The position numbers were made by a program, and so were the translations under genes. The notes under the pieces were generated by a model, which saw only the letters and a list, made by a program, of their open reading frames with translations, made no database searches and was not told the origin of the DNA. A stretch of 64,000 bases of DNA from a virus (taxonomy: Duplodnaviria > Caudoviricetes), in IMG/VR virus record IMGVR_UViG_3300037041_001930; one strand, given 5' to 3'. Numbering within the stretch: the first letter of the stretch is position 1; each line of letters starts with the position of its first letter. Shown piece after piece: positions 1-9,165 of this stretch.

Positions 1-441
1 ACTGATGACGTCCTTGAAGTCGCCATCCTCTTTGTAGGACTCATCGACTTCTTCGGCGTCGGCTTTACCCGAGCTCTCAGATGCCGTCTTCTTGGCACCC
101 GGCAACTTGTTCGGGGATTCGACGTCAGGGTAGTCCCCTGGTTTCGTACCATTCGCTGGCTTCTTGTCTTCAGCATCGGGTTCCGGGAATAACTCCTGGG
201 TGACTTCATCCGCATTGGTCAACGGAAAGGGATCCGCTTTGGCCTCGGCTTCTGAGTTCGCGAGATGACTGAGGGTGCGTGAGTTATTGACGGCATGGCT
301 GACCAAGGCGACCTCTTTAGCATTGAGGTCGAACTCCTGGGCTGCCTTGCGGAGTGCTGCATTGGGTGCAGCGCCATCGTTCATGCAGTCAACACAGGCC
401 TCGGCAGCTTTGATAAGAATGGCGTGACGCCGGGGTCCCAT
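1..441 (-). CDS. Partial hypothetical protein running off the left edge (K-x-A motif family, probable virion protein)
   Basis: Not in the ORF track. Manual translation from ATG 441 gives MGPRRHAILIKAAEACVDCMND...GAKKTASES... with no stop in 147 codons; the start is 12 nt after the stop of 453..1385. Confidence 0.75.
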   Translation of the reverse strand, partial: MGPRRHAILIKAAEACVDCMNDGAAPNAALRKAAQEFDLNAKEVALVSHAVNNSRTLSHLANSEAEAKADPFPLTNADEVTQELFPEPDAEDKKPANGTKPGDYPDVESPNKLPGAKKTASESSGKADAEEVDESYKEDGDFKDVIS

Positions 442-452
442 GAGTTCAAGGC

Positions 453-1385
453 TCATACAGAGGTCTCCTCGAGCACCGTGGCTTCCACGGTGCGAATCAT
501 TTCGTGAACACGAGCCTCCCGAGCCGGGAGTTGTTTGTTGGCTTCCAGTGAAGGATTCGCCACTGAGAACGGGATTTCTTGCAGGAACGTCATGACGGCG
601 TCAGCATTGGTATCCCCGGTGCCCACACCACCCAGGGCATGGATGGCACGATCCTTGATCATCATGAGCACGGATCGCATGGTCTCCAGACTGCGTTCGT
701 CTCCACGGGTCTTGCAGAAAGAGGAAATCAAGGTCTGGCGATACGCGATTTCTTCAATCTGAGAGGCCAGGGCTTCACGGAGTGCGCCACCCTTCATGGT
801 AGTCTGGAGGGCGCCCTTGGGGTCCACATAGGTCTCCAGGATCTTGGATCCCAGAAGCCAGCCGGCACGATGGTGTTCACCGAGTCGACTCGTATTACTG
901 ATGTCCCTGATAAGACCAAGGATGTCCCCAAACAACAGGGTGCAGATCCACTCAGGCTTGTTCAGGATCCCACGGACATCGAAGAAGGTTTCCGTGTACG
1001 CGTAGATGTCGCCGAGTTTAAGCCCGGCTTCATTCCCCTGCGTCCACTTGGACAGGATGTCTTCAACCTCGATGTCGGAACACAGGAGGTAGGCCTCCAG
1101 AGAGGACCTCAGCCCGGGGGCCTCAGTGAACAACGTGTACGCGTTTTTAATACAGGAGTATTCTTCGCCGACGTCGAGTTCACGATCTCTGAAAGTCTTG
1201 AACTCATACGCCGAGGTCACCCCGAGATCATTGATCTCCTCGAGGCGAACTCGTGCCGCGGTCTCCCGCATCGCACTGAGCTCACAGACCCGACCCCACC
1301 GCCAGTCCGCACGGAACAGAGAGCTACCCTGGATATCCCGGGAGCGTCCGTACTTCTTTGCGTAGATGTCGCCTACGAGCTTCAT
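453..1385 (-). CDS. Hypothetical protein, 310 aa
   Basis: ORF tightly packed in the minus-strand operon; no recognisable motif. Confidence 0.75.
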   Translation of the reverse strand: MKLVGDIYAKKYGRSRDIQGSSLFRADWRWGRVCELSAMRETAARVRLEEINDLGVTSAYEFKTFRDRELDVGEEYSCIKNAYTLFTEAPGLRSSLEAYLLCSDIEVEDILSKWTQGNEAGLKLGDIYAYTETFFDVRGILNKPEWICTLLFGDILGLIRDISNTSRLGEHHRAGWLLGSKILETYVDPKGALQTTMKGGALREALASQIEEIAYRQTLISSFCKTRGDERSLETMRSVLMMIKDRAIHALGGVGTGDTNADAVMTFLQEIPFSVANPSLEANKQLPAREARVHEMIRTVEATVLEETSV

Positions 1386-1388
1386 GGA

Positions 1389-1592
1389 TTACTTCTGGGC
1401 GGCCTGAGCAGCGGCGAAGGCATCGAGCTTGGCATGGGCAACCTTGGCGAGGCCATGGACCTGCTCATCGCTGAGGCCCATACCACGTGCGGCTTCATAG
1501 AAGCCGAGATCGACAGCATTGGCACCGTCGACTTGATCAGCGGCAGCCAACTTTTTCAAGGTGACTTCTTCAGCGGTCTTGGATAACGACAT
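1389..1592 (-). CDS. Small Ala-rich protein (67 aa) with K-x-A motifs
   Basis: Start moved from 1715 to ATG 1592 (AAGGAATCCACC-ATG; avoids overlap with 1627..3879). Sequence MSLSKTAEEVTLKKLAAAD... Confidence 0.7.
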   Translation of the reverse strand: MSLSKTAEEVTLKKLAAADQVDGANAVDLGFYEAARGMGLSDEQVHGLAKVAHAKLDAFAAAQAAQK

Positions 1593-1626
1593 GGTGGATT
1601 CCTTTTCTGGGAAATTGAAGACGGGA

Positions 1627-3879
1627 TTAGCCGTCCATGGTTGAATTGATGCCGAGACCGTAGAACTCGGGGTCTCCTGATAGCGTGCGTTTGCGCAAGA
1701 AAATGACAAGGTCACCTAAGCCCTCAAAGGACGACTTCAGGTTGTCACCGAGTTCAACACTGTCTTCCTTGCCAAACTTCTCCTGGAACTCATCGTAGTG
1801 CCAGTGCATCAGGAACAGGATGCGACCGAGGCGGTCCATTCCGGCGACAATAGTGGGCAGGAAGCGCTCAATCATTTCAATGGGGGCGTGAGCCTTGGTC
1901 AGGCTACCGAGTACAGCGGAGTCAAAGACTTCTTTTTGGCCAGTCTTCGCGGCTTGATCAATGGCATCGAAGGGGTCCCCACCACCTTCGTTTTCGGCGT
2001 CTCCATGCCCAAAGGGCGAGAAGTATTGGTATTGCTGCCGATTGTCGGGGATCTGTGCCGGTCTCGCCTGGGTCTCCCAGGGCACCTTGGTTGTATGGAA
2101 ACTCGACATCACACCACCTTCAGAGGTGTCATTGATGTCGGGGAACGCCATCATGTTTTCAGAGGCGGCTTGCTTGACTAACCAGTTCTGAGGAGCCCGG
2201 AGGGCATGCTTGAGCATGCTGCGGGTGTCGACCTCGGAGCACCCGTGCTTCTTCATGAGATAGCTGATCGCAGCTGTCTTCCCGAAGTAGTGGCTGCCGA
2301 AATCATCCTTGATGTTGATTCCGGTTTCGTCGGTCCAGACTTTAACAGCACTGGCCTGCTTCTTGAGGACTTCGATGATCGTGTTGTGGTCGCCGAAGTC
2401 AGAAGCCTCGAGATGTTTTTCCAGACGGGCCTTCTCGCGATCATCCCAGCTCACCTTGGAGTCGTCTTCACGATTACCATAGACAACGGCACTGTAATAC
2501 TTCGAGTTCACGTACAGAGTTGAATTTGTTTTCTTGAGGTCACGGTTCCCGGCAGCGGAAACGATGACTTGGTCGCAGTCGTGTTCGCCAATGTAGCCCA
2601 AGGGGCGATTGATAGCGAAGACACCACGATCCTTGTGAGCGAAGCGCTCGGGGATCGAGCGGAGATCCCATGTGGAACCCCCATGGGTCTTATAGGTCGT
2701 GATGCCGTCATCACTGACCGCGGTGAAGACATCCAGGGGAGCCGAGGTCTTCACACCATCATTGGCGACGAAGATGACTTGGTCGCCAGGGCGAACTTTA
2801 TCGGCGCCCACGCTGACCTTCTCGAGTTCCTTGGCGAAATCGGTTTCCGTGTATTGCCGCAGAGTCGCGATGACACCAGATGCTGTGATACAGGTTTTTT
2901 CATCCGAGCATCGGATCACGAAGACCCTGCCGTTGTCCTGCGACATCGGGATCACAAGTGTGGGTTCCACGGAGCCGTCTGAATACAGGACGTCGTAGAG
3001 GCCGCCACCAGTGGGACTCGTGAGCTGCTGCTTGGTCTGCGTCGAGTACACAATGGACTTCGACATCTCGGGACGCTTGTCGACAACGGCGACGTCACCC
3101 TCGAGGATCTGCTTGCGTTGGGCATCCGTGAGGTCGTCGACGCCTTCTTGGTCAATGGTCGAGATCACAGTGATGGGCTCACCCTTTTGCTCCGCGGCGA
3201 GTTTAACAACACCGGGAACCGTGAAGGCGAGATCGGGGTAGAACTTACGAACCGCATTGGCGAGTTTAACATGCCCTGCGGTCTGGGGGTTCGTGATGGT
3301 ATCCAGGAACATCGAGGCGACATCGTGACCCATGGCTTCGAGCCCACTGGGGAGATCAATGGCACCCGCGATCTTGCGGATATGGGTAATCTTGTGGACG
3401 GGGACCACGGGGCAGCCCCCTGCTGATTTCCGAGCCGCGGCGCGTTTGGACAAACTGCTGCCACCACCATCGCCGTCGTAAATACCGGCGGGGAGCGTGC
3501 GGAGACGATTGTAGTCTGGGGTGCGGACCCCACGTTGGACCCGGTTCCGCTTGTCGGCTTCACCGAGAACCGTGGGACGACGATTGATAATCGAGTTGAC
3601 CCAGTCTTCACTCAAAGGCACGAAGAGGTCTGAGTTCACGGAGTAGATGGAATCGAGCCCCTTGATCTCACCGTTAAGGAAGAACACGGGGCTGTAATGC
3701 CAGTCCCCGCCGATCTCGAACGCGAACATGCCGACCGCACGACCGCCATCTTCATCGGCATCAATGAGTTGAAACCCGACGAGATAGTCGAGGAGAACCG
3801 GTGACTTATCACGGAGTCTGGCGTTGGCGAGATCAGAGAACGTCTGTTCCAGCGCGGACTCAGAGGTATCTTGCGGCAT
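1627..3879 (-). CDS. Hypothetical protein, 750 aa, probable head/internal virion protein with several K-x-A motifs
   Basis: Long ORF with AGGAG RBS; motifs SKRAAA, RKIAGA, VKLAAE, KKQASA, GKTAAI, VKQAAS. Function is inferred from context only. Confidence 0.8.
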   Translation of the reverse strand: MPQDTSESALEQTFSDLANARLRDKSPVLLDYLVGFQLIDADEDGGRAVGMFAFEIGGDWHYSPVFFLNGEIKGLDSIYSVNSDLFVPLSEDWVNSIINRRPTVLGEADKRNRVQRGVRTPDYNRLRTLPAGIYDGDGGGSSLSKRAAARKSAGGCPVVPVHKITHIRKIAGAIDLPSGLEAMGHDVASMFLDTITNPQTAGHVKLANAVRKFYPDLAFTVPGVVKLAAEQKGEPITVISTIDQEGVDDLTDAQRKQILEGDVAVVDKRPEMSKSIVYSTQTKQQLTSPTGGGLYDVLYSDGSVEPTLVIPMSQDNGRVFVIRCSDEKTCITASGVIATLRQYTETDFAKELEKVSVGADKVRPGDQVIFVANDGVKTSAPLDVFTAVSDDGITTYKTHGGSTWDLRSIPERFAHKDRGVFAINRPLGYIGEHDCDQVIVSAAGNRDLKKTNSTLYVNSKYYSAVVYGNREDDSKVSWDDREKARLEKHLEASDFGDHNTIIEVLKKQASAVKVWTDETGINIKDDFGSHYFGKTAAISYLMKKHGCSEVDTRSMLKHALRAPQNWLVKQAASENMMAFPDINDTSEGGVMSSFHTTKVPWETQARPAQIPDNRQQYQYFSPFGHGDAENEGGGDPFDAIDQAAKTGQKEVFDSAVLGSLTKAHAPIEMIERFLPTIVAGMDRLGRILFLMHWHYDEFQEKFGKEDSVELGDNLKSSFEGLGDLVIFLRKRTLSGDPEFYGLGINSTMDG

Positions 3880-3908
3880 CTGGGGGACTCCTAGCGGTGC
3901 ATCAAAGA

Positions 3909-6900
3909 TTAGCGTGGGGATCGCGGAGGGGAAGTCGGTAGCGGCGGCGTGCCATAAGACCCCGTGGTCTTCAGGGTATCCCCGAAACCAGTGGCCTTGG
4001 CGAGAGCGGGGACATAGGACGTCGAGTTGGGATCCGAGACCCTGGAGCGATGAACACTGTCCAGGAATCCTGAGGAGGTATAGAAACCGGATAGCCTGGT
4101 CTGCCAGTCATTGTCGTTGTAGACCCCGAGGACCCCCCGCTGCATCACGGGCTGGAAATCGGGTTCGTCGTCATGGGCGTCGACATCCTTGACCCCCCAC
4201 TTCTGGAGATCCCCGGCGACCTTCTTGGTAATCCGGGTTCCCGGGGTGTAGTGGAGCACGGGTTCCTCGAGGTACTTGCCGACCCCAGAGTTCGGAGCAA
4301 CCCGCTTGGTCCCTGCTCTGGCCTTGTAGGCCCCGGCGACTGAGTTGTAAGACGCGACATCATCGACGATGTGGTCACCGACCCCGTTGGGATTCGTGAC
4401 CTTGACCCAGTTGATGAGCCCGGCGACCACGGTCTCGATGTTGCGACGATGAGTCTTGATCCCTGAGTTCGTCAGAGCCTCCTGGAGCATCTCGGCGTAT
4501 CTGCGGCGGGCTTCCCCGACTCCCTTGAGCCTGACGAGCTGCTCGGGGTGCGGGGCGCCATCGCTGATGTCATCCCCGGCTTCCAGGGCATCTCCGGGCT
4601 TCACCACGGGTTCGACACCGGGGTGGAGATAGTAGTCGCGGTCATCCACGGTGACGAACTGGCCACCCTGGGGTGCCTTGCGGATCCCCTTGACGACACC
4701 ATCGACCTCGGCGAGTGGACCTGACTCCGGGAATGTTTCAGGAGATTCTATAACACGGTTGAGGTACTCGAAACCAGTACGAAGATTCTTTTTAGCCCCG
4801 ATGGCACCAGACTGGTGCTTTGAGTTACTTACGATCATGCCATTACCCAGCACGAATAGGTGGTCGGGGTGAGCTACCTCGATATCATAGACATGAAGAT
4901 GCCCGGCATCTGTCCTGTCTTCCTGACGCCACCACTCTTCGCGAGTAACGCTCTCAACTGCTGTCTTTATTCGGTCGGCCGCTCTCTCACACTTCACGCC
5001 AAATAACCGTATGCTTCTATAAAAACGAATAACATCCCGATATTTAGTAATGCAGACGTTGTAATGTCGTCTCTTTTTCTTCGAGTTGGAGCTGCTCTTT
5101 GTCGCATAGATGCCGAACCTAATGCGCAGCAACTCCATTACGCCATCGATGAGTTTCTCACTGCTAGATGCAAATGAAAACCCCATACCATCTTTTTTCC
5201 GACTAAATACTGAGCCGTCGGTGACAAACAACCCGGCCAGGAGCTCACTCACTGCCTGGTTATCCCATTGATTCACAAACGAAGGTATTTCTTTTTCATG
5301 CGCGTATTTCCCATAAAGACCCTCATCTCTGAACCACTGCAAAATTGGATTTTCAGTGACCGTGCGCATCACACGTCCCGTGATTGTATCCCTCACGATA
5401 CGCCCGTACGACCGCTGGCTCAACCTGGTCAACGCATAATAAATGGTCTGCCCCCCGCATATATGGAACTGTAAATCATGTGGTGCTAAGTAGCCATTGA
5501 GGTGGTCAATCTGAGTCTGGTCTGCACAGGAAAGATGGATCCCGGTCACTGATTCAGTGTAGCATCCGTCCCCGAGAAGCACCCCGAGCAACTTAGCTCT
5601 CCAATCGTAGATCAGATGATTTTCGCTAGATAGCCCTCCCTCACAACGTATTCCAGATGCTTTACTCATGTCTCCAATCGCGCACACGGCATCACGGTGC
5701 ATTTCCCCATACTCAGAACTATAGTGAATGTGCGTTAAAACCTTGTGGGCAGGGGTGCATGTAATGGTATGAAACGTATGGTGGCTACAGCTCTGTCTGA
5801 AACGATAAGTAACACACGGCTGTACACCATTATCAAACGTATGGGTAACCTCCACTGGAAAGGTCTTTCCGGAGATGTCTGCCCCAAGCACGAACTCACC
5901 AGGCTTTATGGTCTCTATCTGACGTAAGCTAAAGTCAGCCATGCGAACAAGCGTACCCTTGGATAGACAATTCAGGGACCCCTGCGACAACGGGGCGCCT
6001 ATGCTCTGGGCAGCCGCGATACCTATCGCATCCCCAATGTTACTGAGTTCTGTTCTGTCTCTGCGCCCTGCTGCGATACGTGAGATCCCCCCGTCTTCAG
6101 TGGGCTCTGTCATCGGGCTGTGAACCAAGATGTCCTCAACCCCATCCTCTGACAGAGATTCCAGTATGTCTGGTGTAATTCTCTCTCCGGCTTTATGTGC
6201 GCCTGCATCCCTGGCAAGCACCGCGCCGATGTTATCAGTGTCGCTGACCTTGGATGGTAGCCCAACTGGTAGCCTGGTCATGGGAGCAGTGTCTTTATTC
6301 ACGACGATACGATGCGCTGCGTTAGCCAACTTCTTGCTTAAAAACCCTGCGTCAGCTGTCGCGAGCTTGACCTCTAGCATACCTTTTCTCTGCCCATAGG
6401 TCCCTGCCCAGTATTCCACGGGATCCAGGCCTTCACTGAGGCTGTGGAGAATCGGGATCGGAACGATTTCATTGCGGTGGTCATTGACGAGACCAGATGC
6501 CCCACGAATCGCGTTGTAGTCTGACATCTTCCCACGGGCACCAGATTTAACCTGAAACCAATATGGGTTGTTCTCGGATTCACCGGACTCCTCGAGCGCT
6601 TTCTGCATCTTCTCGACCATTGGAAACATGACATCGGTGATGGCTTGCTTCTTAGCATCGGGGTCGAGGTCAGAGGTCTCAATGGCCATGACCCTGGAGC
6701 GCGCACGCTGTATCAGCTTTTTCTCTTTGTCTGTTTTCCTGAGCCCGCTGAGACTGACGCTGACACCCTCGGTGAACGCGGCATCCCTGCCGACATCGTT
6801 CATGGTCTTGATGACGTCTTTGTAGCGATCGGGGTACTTCTCGGCGATGTGCCGCAGAATCGACATCAGCTCTTTTTTGTCGATGGCTTTACCCCGGATC

Positions 6901-6959
6901 TGGAGTTCCGGGGGAAGGCTGTCATTGAGCAAAAGGGTGCCGACCGTGGTGGGGTCCAT
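3909..6959 (-). CDS. rpoC: DNA-directed RNA polymerase beta' C-terminal subunit (rpoC2-like), intein-containing; 634 aa after splicing
   Basis: VKSGARG, bridge helix GLDPVEYWAGTYGQRKGMLEVKLATADAGFLSKKL, trigger loop AAQSIGAPLSQGSLN|SKH; N-terminus IDKKELMSIL...GVSVSL resembles the start of RpoC2. Confidence 0.93.
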   Translation of the reverse strand: MDPTTVGTLLLNDSLPPELQIRGKAIDKKELMSILRHIAEKYPDRYKDVIKTMNDVGRDAAFTEGVSVSLSGLRKTDKEKKLIQRARSRVMAIETSDLDPDAKKQAITDVMFPMVEKMQKALEESGESENNPYWFQVKSGARGKMSDYNAIRGASGLVNDHRNEIVPIPILHSLSEGLDPVEYWAGTYGQRKGMLEVKLATADAGFLSKKLANAAHRIVVNKDTAPMTRLPVGLPSKVSDTDNIGAVLARDAGAHKAGERITPDILESLSEDGVEDILVHSPMTEPTEDGGISRIAAGRRDRTELSNIGDAIGIAAAQSIGAPLSQGSLNCLSKGTLVRMADFSLRQIETIKPGEFVLGADISGKTFPVEVTHTFDNGVQPCVTYRFRQSCSHHTFHTITCTPAHKVLTHIHYSSEYGEMHRDAVCAIGDMSKASGIRCEGGLSSENHLIYDWRAKLLGVLLGDGCYTESVTGIHLSCADQTQIDHLNGYLAPHDLQFHICGGQTIYYALTRLSQRSYGRIVRDTITGRVMRTVTENPILQWFRDEGLYGKYAHEKEIPSFVNQWDNQAVSELLAGLFVTDGSVFSRKKDGMGFSFASSSEKLIDGVMELLRIRFGIYATKSSSNSKKKRRHYNVCITKYRDVIRFYRSIRLFGVKCERAADRIKTAVESVTREEWWRQEDRTDAGHLHVYDIEVAHPDHLFVLGNGMIVSNSKHQSGAIGAKKNLRTGFEYLNRVIESPETFPESGPLAEVDGVVKGIRKAPQGGQFVTVDDRDYYLHPGVEPVVKPGDALEAGDDISDGAPHPEQLVRLKGVGEARRRYAEMLQEALTNSGIKTHRRNIETVVAGLINWVKVTNPNGVGDHIVDDVASYNSVAGAYKARAGTKRVAPNSGVGKYLEEPVLHYTPGTRITKKVAGDLQKWGVKDVDAHDDEPDFQPVMQRGVLGVYNDNDWQTRLSGFYTSSGFLDSVHRSRVSDPNSTSYVPALAKATGFGDTLKTTGSYGTPPLPTSPPRSPR
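4824..5969 (-). mobile_element. Intein with LAGLIDADG homing endonuclease (382 aa) in the RNAP trigger loop
   Basis: Starts CLSKGTLVRMAD and ends GNGMIVSN with Ser+1; LLGVLLGDGCY and LLAGLFVTDGSV blocks; visibly more AT-rich than the flanks; removing it restores QGSLN-SKH. Confidence 0.93.
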
Positions 6960-7177
6960 TATCGGGATCCAGTACGGATGACCTCAACGGGGGTCGGGGT
7001 CAAACCAAGTTTGCGAACCGTGGATGAGAAATCTGACTTCGTGGCATCGGTATGCGCAACCAACCCATTTTCCTCATACGACAGCGCCAGGGGTTGTCCG
7101 AAGTCATCGGTAACGACGACTTCGGCAACGCTGATGTGGATCTGGCGTCCATCGGAGAGTCGGATGCGAGCACGCAT
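6959..7177 (-). CDS. Small hypothetical protein, 72 aa
   Basis: TAATG overlap with the RNAP beta'-C start and 1 nt from the upstream stop. Confidence 0.7.
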   Translation of the reverse strand: MRARIRLSDGRQIHISVAEVVVTDDFGQPLALSYEENGLVAHTDATKSDFSSTVRKLGLTPTPVEVIRTGSR

Positions 7178-7178
7178 G

Positions 7179-8060
7179 TTACCTCTGCGCTAAAACGGGG
7201 GCAGTTGAACTCTTTGGTGCCGTGATCGCAGCTGTCGTGGCGCTCGCCGAGGGGTCTTCGACTGGTTGATTATTGACGGACACGATGCCTGACTTGGTAC
7301 CCTTGGCGACAGGTGGAAATGAGAGTGTCTTCTTAGGAGCACTCGCCGCAGACTTGGAGAGACCAAGTCGGGACAAGATTTCCTTGGCCATCTTCACCGT
7401 GTTGCCACCGATAGCGCTGGGGTCGAGTTGGCCACCCAGTGAACCCATGGGCCCACCGCCACCTTGGGGTTGGCCAGTGATAGCACCATTGGCCGTTGCG
7501 GCGGCGTCGGCATCCGACTTCTTGCCCTTGTTCTCTTGTTCTTTCTTCTTGCCTTCTTGTTCGAGCTCGAACTCGGCTTGAGCTTGTTCTTTGGTGCGGC
7601 CTTCACCAATGGAGGCCATGGCGCGTTCAACGATGCCCATGACGACATCGGCTTGTCCACGTGTCACGGAATCATCGGGACTACCCTTGACGTCAGGAGT
7701 TCCCGGAGCCGTGGGATCCGGGGCACCAGCGCTGGGGTCACCACCTGCGGCGGGGTCACCACCACCAATAGCACTCAGCATGTCGCCTTCGGGTGGCATG
7801 CCACCTGCAGCTGCGAGGTCACCGCCCGGTGGCATCCCACCCATGGCTGCAGGATCCCCGCCTGGAGGCATCCCACCCATGGCCATGGGATCACCGCCTG
7901 GAGGCGCCGGAGGAGCTCCTGCGGCGGCGGGGTCACCACCAGGAGGTGCACCACCAGCGGCGGCGGCGGGATTGCTGCCCGGAGGAGGCGCGGCCACAAA
8001 GGCCAGCTTCTGTGCGAACTCATTGAGGCTGCGTTGAAAGAGTCTTGCGGAGATGTCCAT
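7179..8060 (-). CDS. Gly/Pro/Ala-rich low-complexity protein, 293 aa (scaffold/internal-protein-like)
   Basis: GGDP(A/M)A(M/A)GGMPP repeats; QKLAF, VKMAK and SKSAAS motifs. Confidence 0.8.
   Translation of the reverse strand: MDISARLFQRSLNEFAQKLAFVAAPPPGSNPAAAAGGAPPGGDPAAAGAPPAPPGGDPMAMGGMPPGGDPAAMGGMPPGGDLAAAGGMPPEGDMLSAIGGGDPAAGGDPSAGAPDPTAPGTPDVKGSPDDSVTRGQADVVMGIVERAMASIGEGRTKEQAQAEFELEQEGKKKEQENKGKKSDADAAATANGAITGQPQGGGGPMGSLGGQLDPSAIGGNTVKMAKEILSRLGLSKSAASAPKKTLSFPPVAKGTKSGIVSVNNQPVEDPSASATTAAITAPKSSTAPVLAQR
7794..7901 (-). repeat. Three imperfect 36-bp tandem coding repeats (GGDxxAxGGMPP)
   Basis: Units at 7794-7829, 7830-7865 and 7866-7901, each (t/a)ggcat(g/c)ccacc...ccgcc(c/t)gg. 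Confidence 0.85.
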
Positions 8061-8079
8061 GGTGACCTCTAAAGGGTGT

Positions 8080-9096
8080 TCACTTTGTGGCGGGGCCAGT
8101 CGCGGTTACCGGAGGTGTCGATTTGATTGCACCGTTTGTGGCGCTGGCCGGAGGTGCTGGGGGTGTGATCGGGACTACCGCACCGTTTGTCGCACTGCCC
8201 GGTGACTTACGTTGTAGCTGTGCCAACTCCGCTTTCAGGTCATCATTCGTCGGCAATTTAACTGGTGGAGCCCCCACGGGATCAGGTTTTAATAGCATGT
8301 TCATTGGATTTATGTTATGCGCTGCGTCGAATATCTCCGGTCCAGCTTTATTCAAGTCTACATCGTTGCCAGCCTGTGGCTGCTTTTCCGGCGCTGTCGC
8401 TGGGGTTAGTGCATCCTGCGCTTTACCAAGCCCTTCCCGAATCTGGGGGAATGCCTTGTCGACATGGGGTCCCGCGAAGTAACCCGCGGTTCCGCCGGCG
8501 AGGGCAGCGATGAGAGCATTGCGCCACTTGTTCTTCTTACTCAGGAGGGCAGCACCCCCACCGGCGAGAGCGGCACCAGTAACGGCACCGATATTGGCGG
8601 GGTCCTTGTAGAACGGGGTTGTCGGGGCGGCGTCTTGGGCAGTCTTCTTGCCAACAACCTTAGCAGGGGCCACCTTTGGTGCAGGGGCTGCTTTTGGCAA
8701 CACGGCTGGCTTCGTCGCCGAGCGCGGGGCCATCTTGGCGCCAAGTGCTTCGAGAAAATCCGGTGAAGTCCCCACTGCGTTGCCATCGAAGTCGGCACGT
8801 GATGCCGCCGCTGTTTTGGCGACATCCTTGGCACCTGCTCCAGAGAGAGCACCGAGGCCCTGGCGGATCTGGGGGACCGCTTTGTCGACATGGGGACCCG
8901 CGACATAACCAGCGGCACCCCCAGCCAAAGCAGCGATGAGGGCGTTACGCAACTTGTTCTTCTTACTCAAGAGAGCTGCGCCACCACCGGCGAGAGTGGC
9001 ACCAGCGACGGCACCGATATTGGCGGGGTCCTCATAGAAGGGGACTTCAGCAGCTGTTTTAGTCAGGCACAGGGCAAGAAGACGTGTTGGGCGCAT
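8080..9096 (-). CDS. Gly-zipper membrane protein with an internally duplicated 64-aa hairpin module
   Basis: Two copies of PFYxDPANIGAVxGAxLAGGGAALLSKKNKxRNALIAALAGGxAGYxAGPHVDKAxPQIRxGLG, each preceded by KTA. Confidence 0.85.
   Translation of the reverse strand: MRPTRLLALCLTKTAAEVPFYEDPANIGAVAGATLAGGGAALLSKKNKLRNALIAALAGGAAGYVAGPHVDKAVPQIRQGLGALSGAGAKDVAKTAAASRADFDGNAVGTSPDFLEALGAKMAPRSATKPAVLPKAAPAPKVAPAKVVGKKTAQDAAPTTPFYKDPANIGAVTGAALAGGGAALLSKKNKWRNALIAALAGGTAGYFAGPHVDKAFPQIREGLGKAQDALTPATAPEKQPQAGNDVDLNKAGPEIFDAAHNINPMNMLLKPDPVGAPPVKLPTNDDLKAELAQLQRKSPGSATNGAVVPITPPAPPASATNGAIKSTPPVTATGPATK
8425..9042 (-). repeat. 192-bp direct repeat pair (8851-9042 and 8425-8616)
   Basis: Near-identical DNA and peptide in both copies. 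Confidence 0.9.
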
Positions 9097-9126
9097 GGTG
9101 GATTCCTACTATGGGTTATGGGATGA

Positions 9127-9158
9127 CAGGATAACAACTGGATCGGAGACACCAAGAT
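9127..9158 (-). repeat. 32-bp intergenic copy of the RNAP beta::beta'-N 3' end (partner 10134-10165)
   Basis: caggataacaactggatcggagacaccaagat vs caggataaccacggggtcggcgacaccaagat, 28/32 identical; reads LGVSDPVVIL vs LGVADPVVIL. Confidence 0.85.
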
Positions 9159-9165
9159 GGTGTGT

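Noticed and set aside
1590-9107. Identical 14-mer CATGGTGGATTCCT at 1590 and 9094
   Set aside because: Simply the same RBS-spacer-ATG (AGGAATCCACCATG); only two copies.
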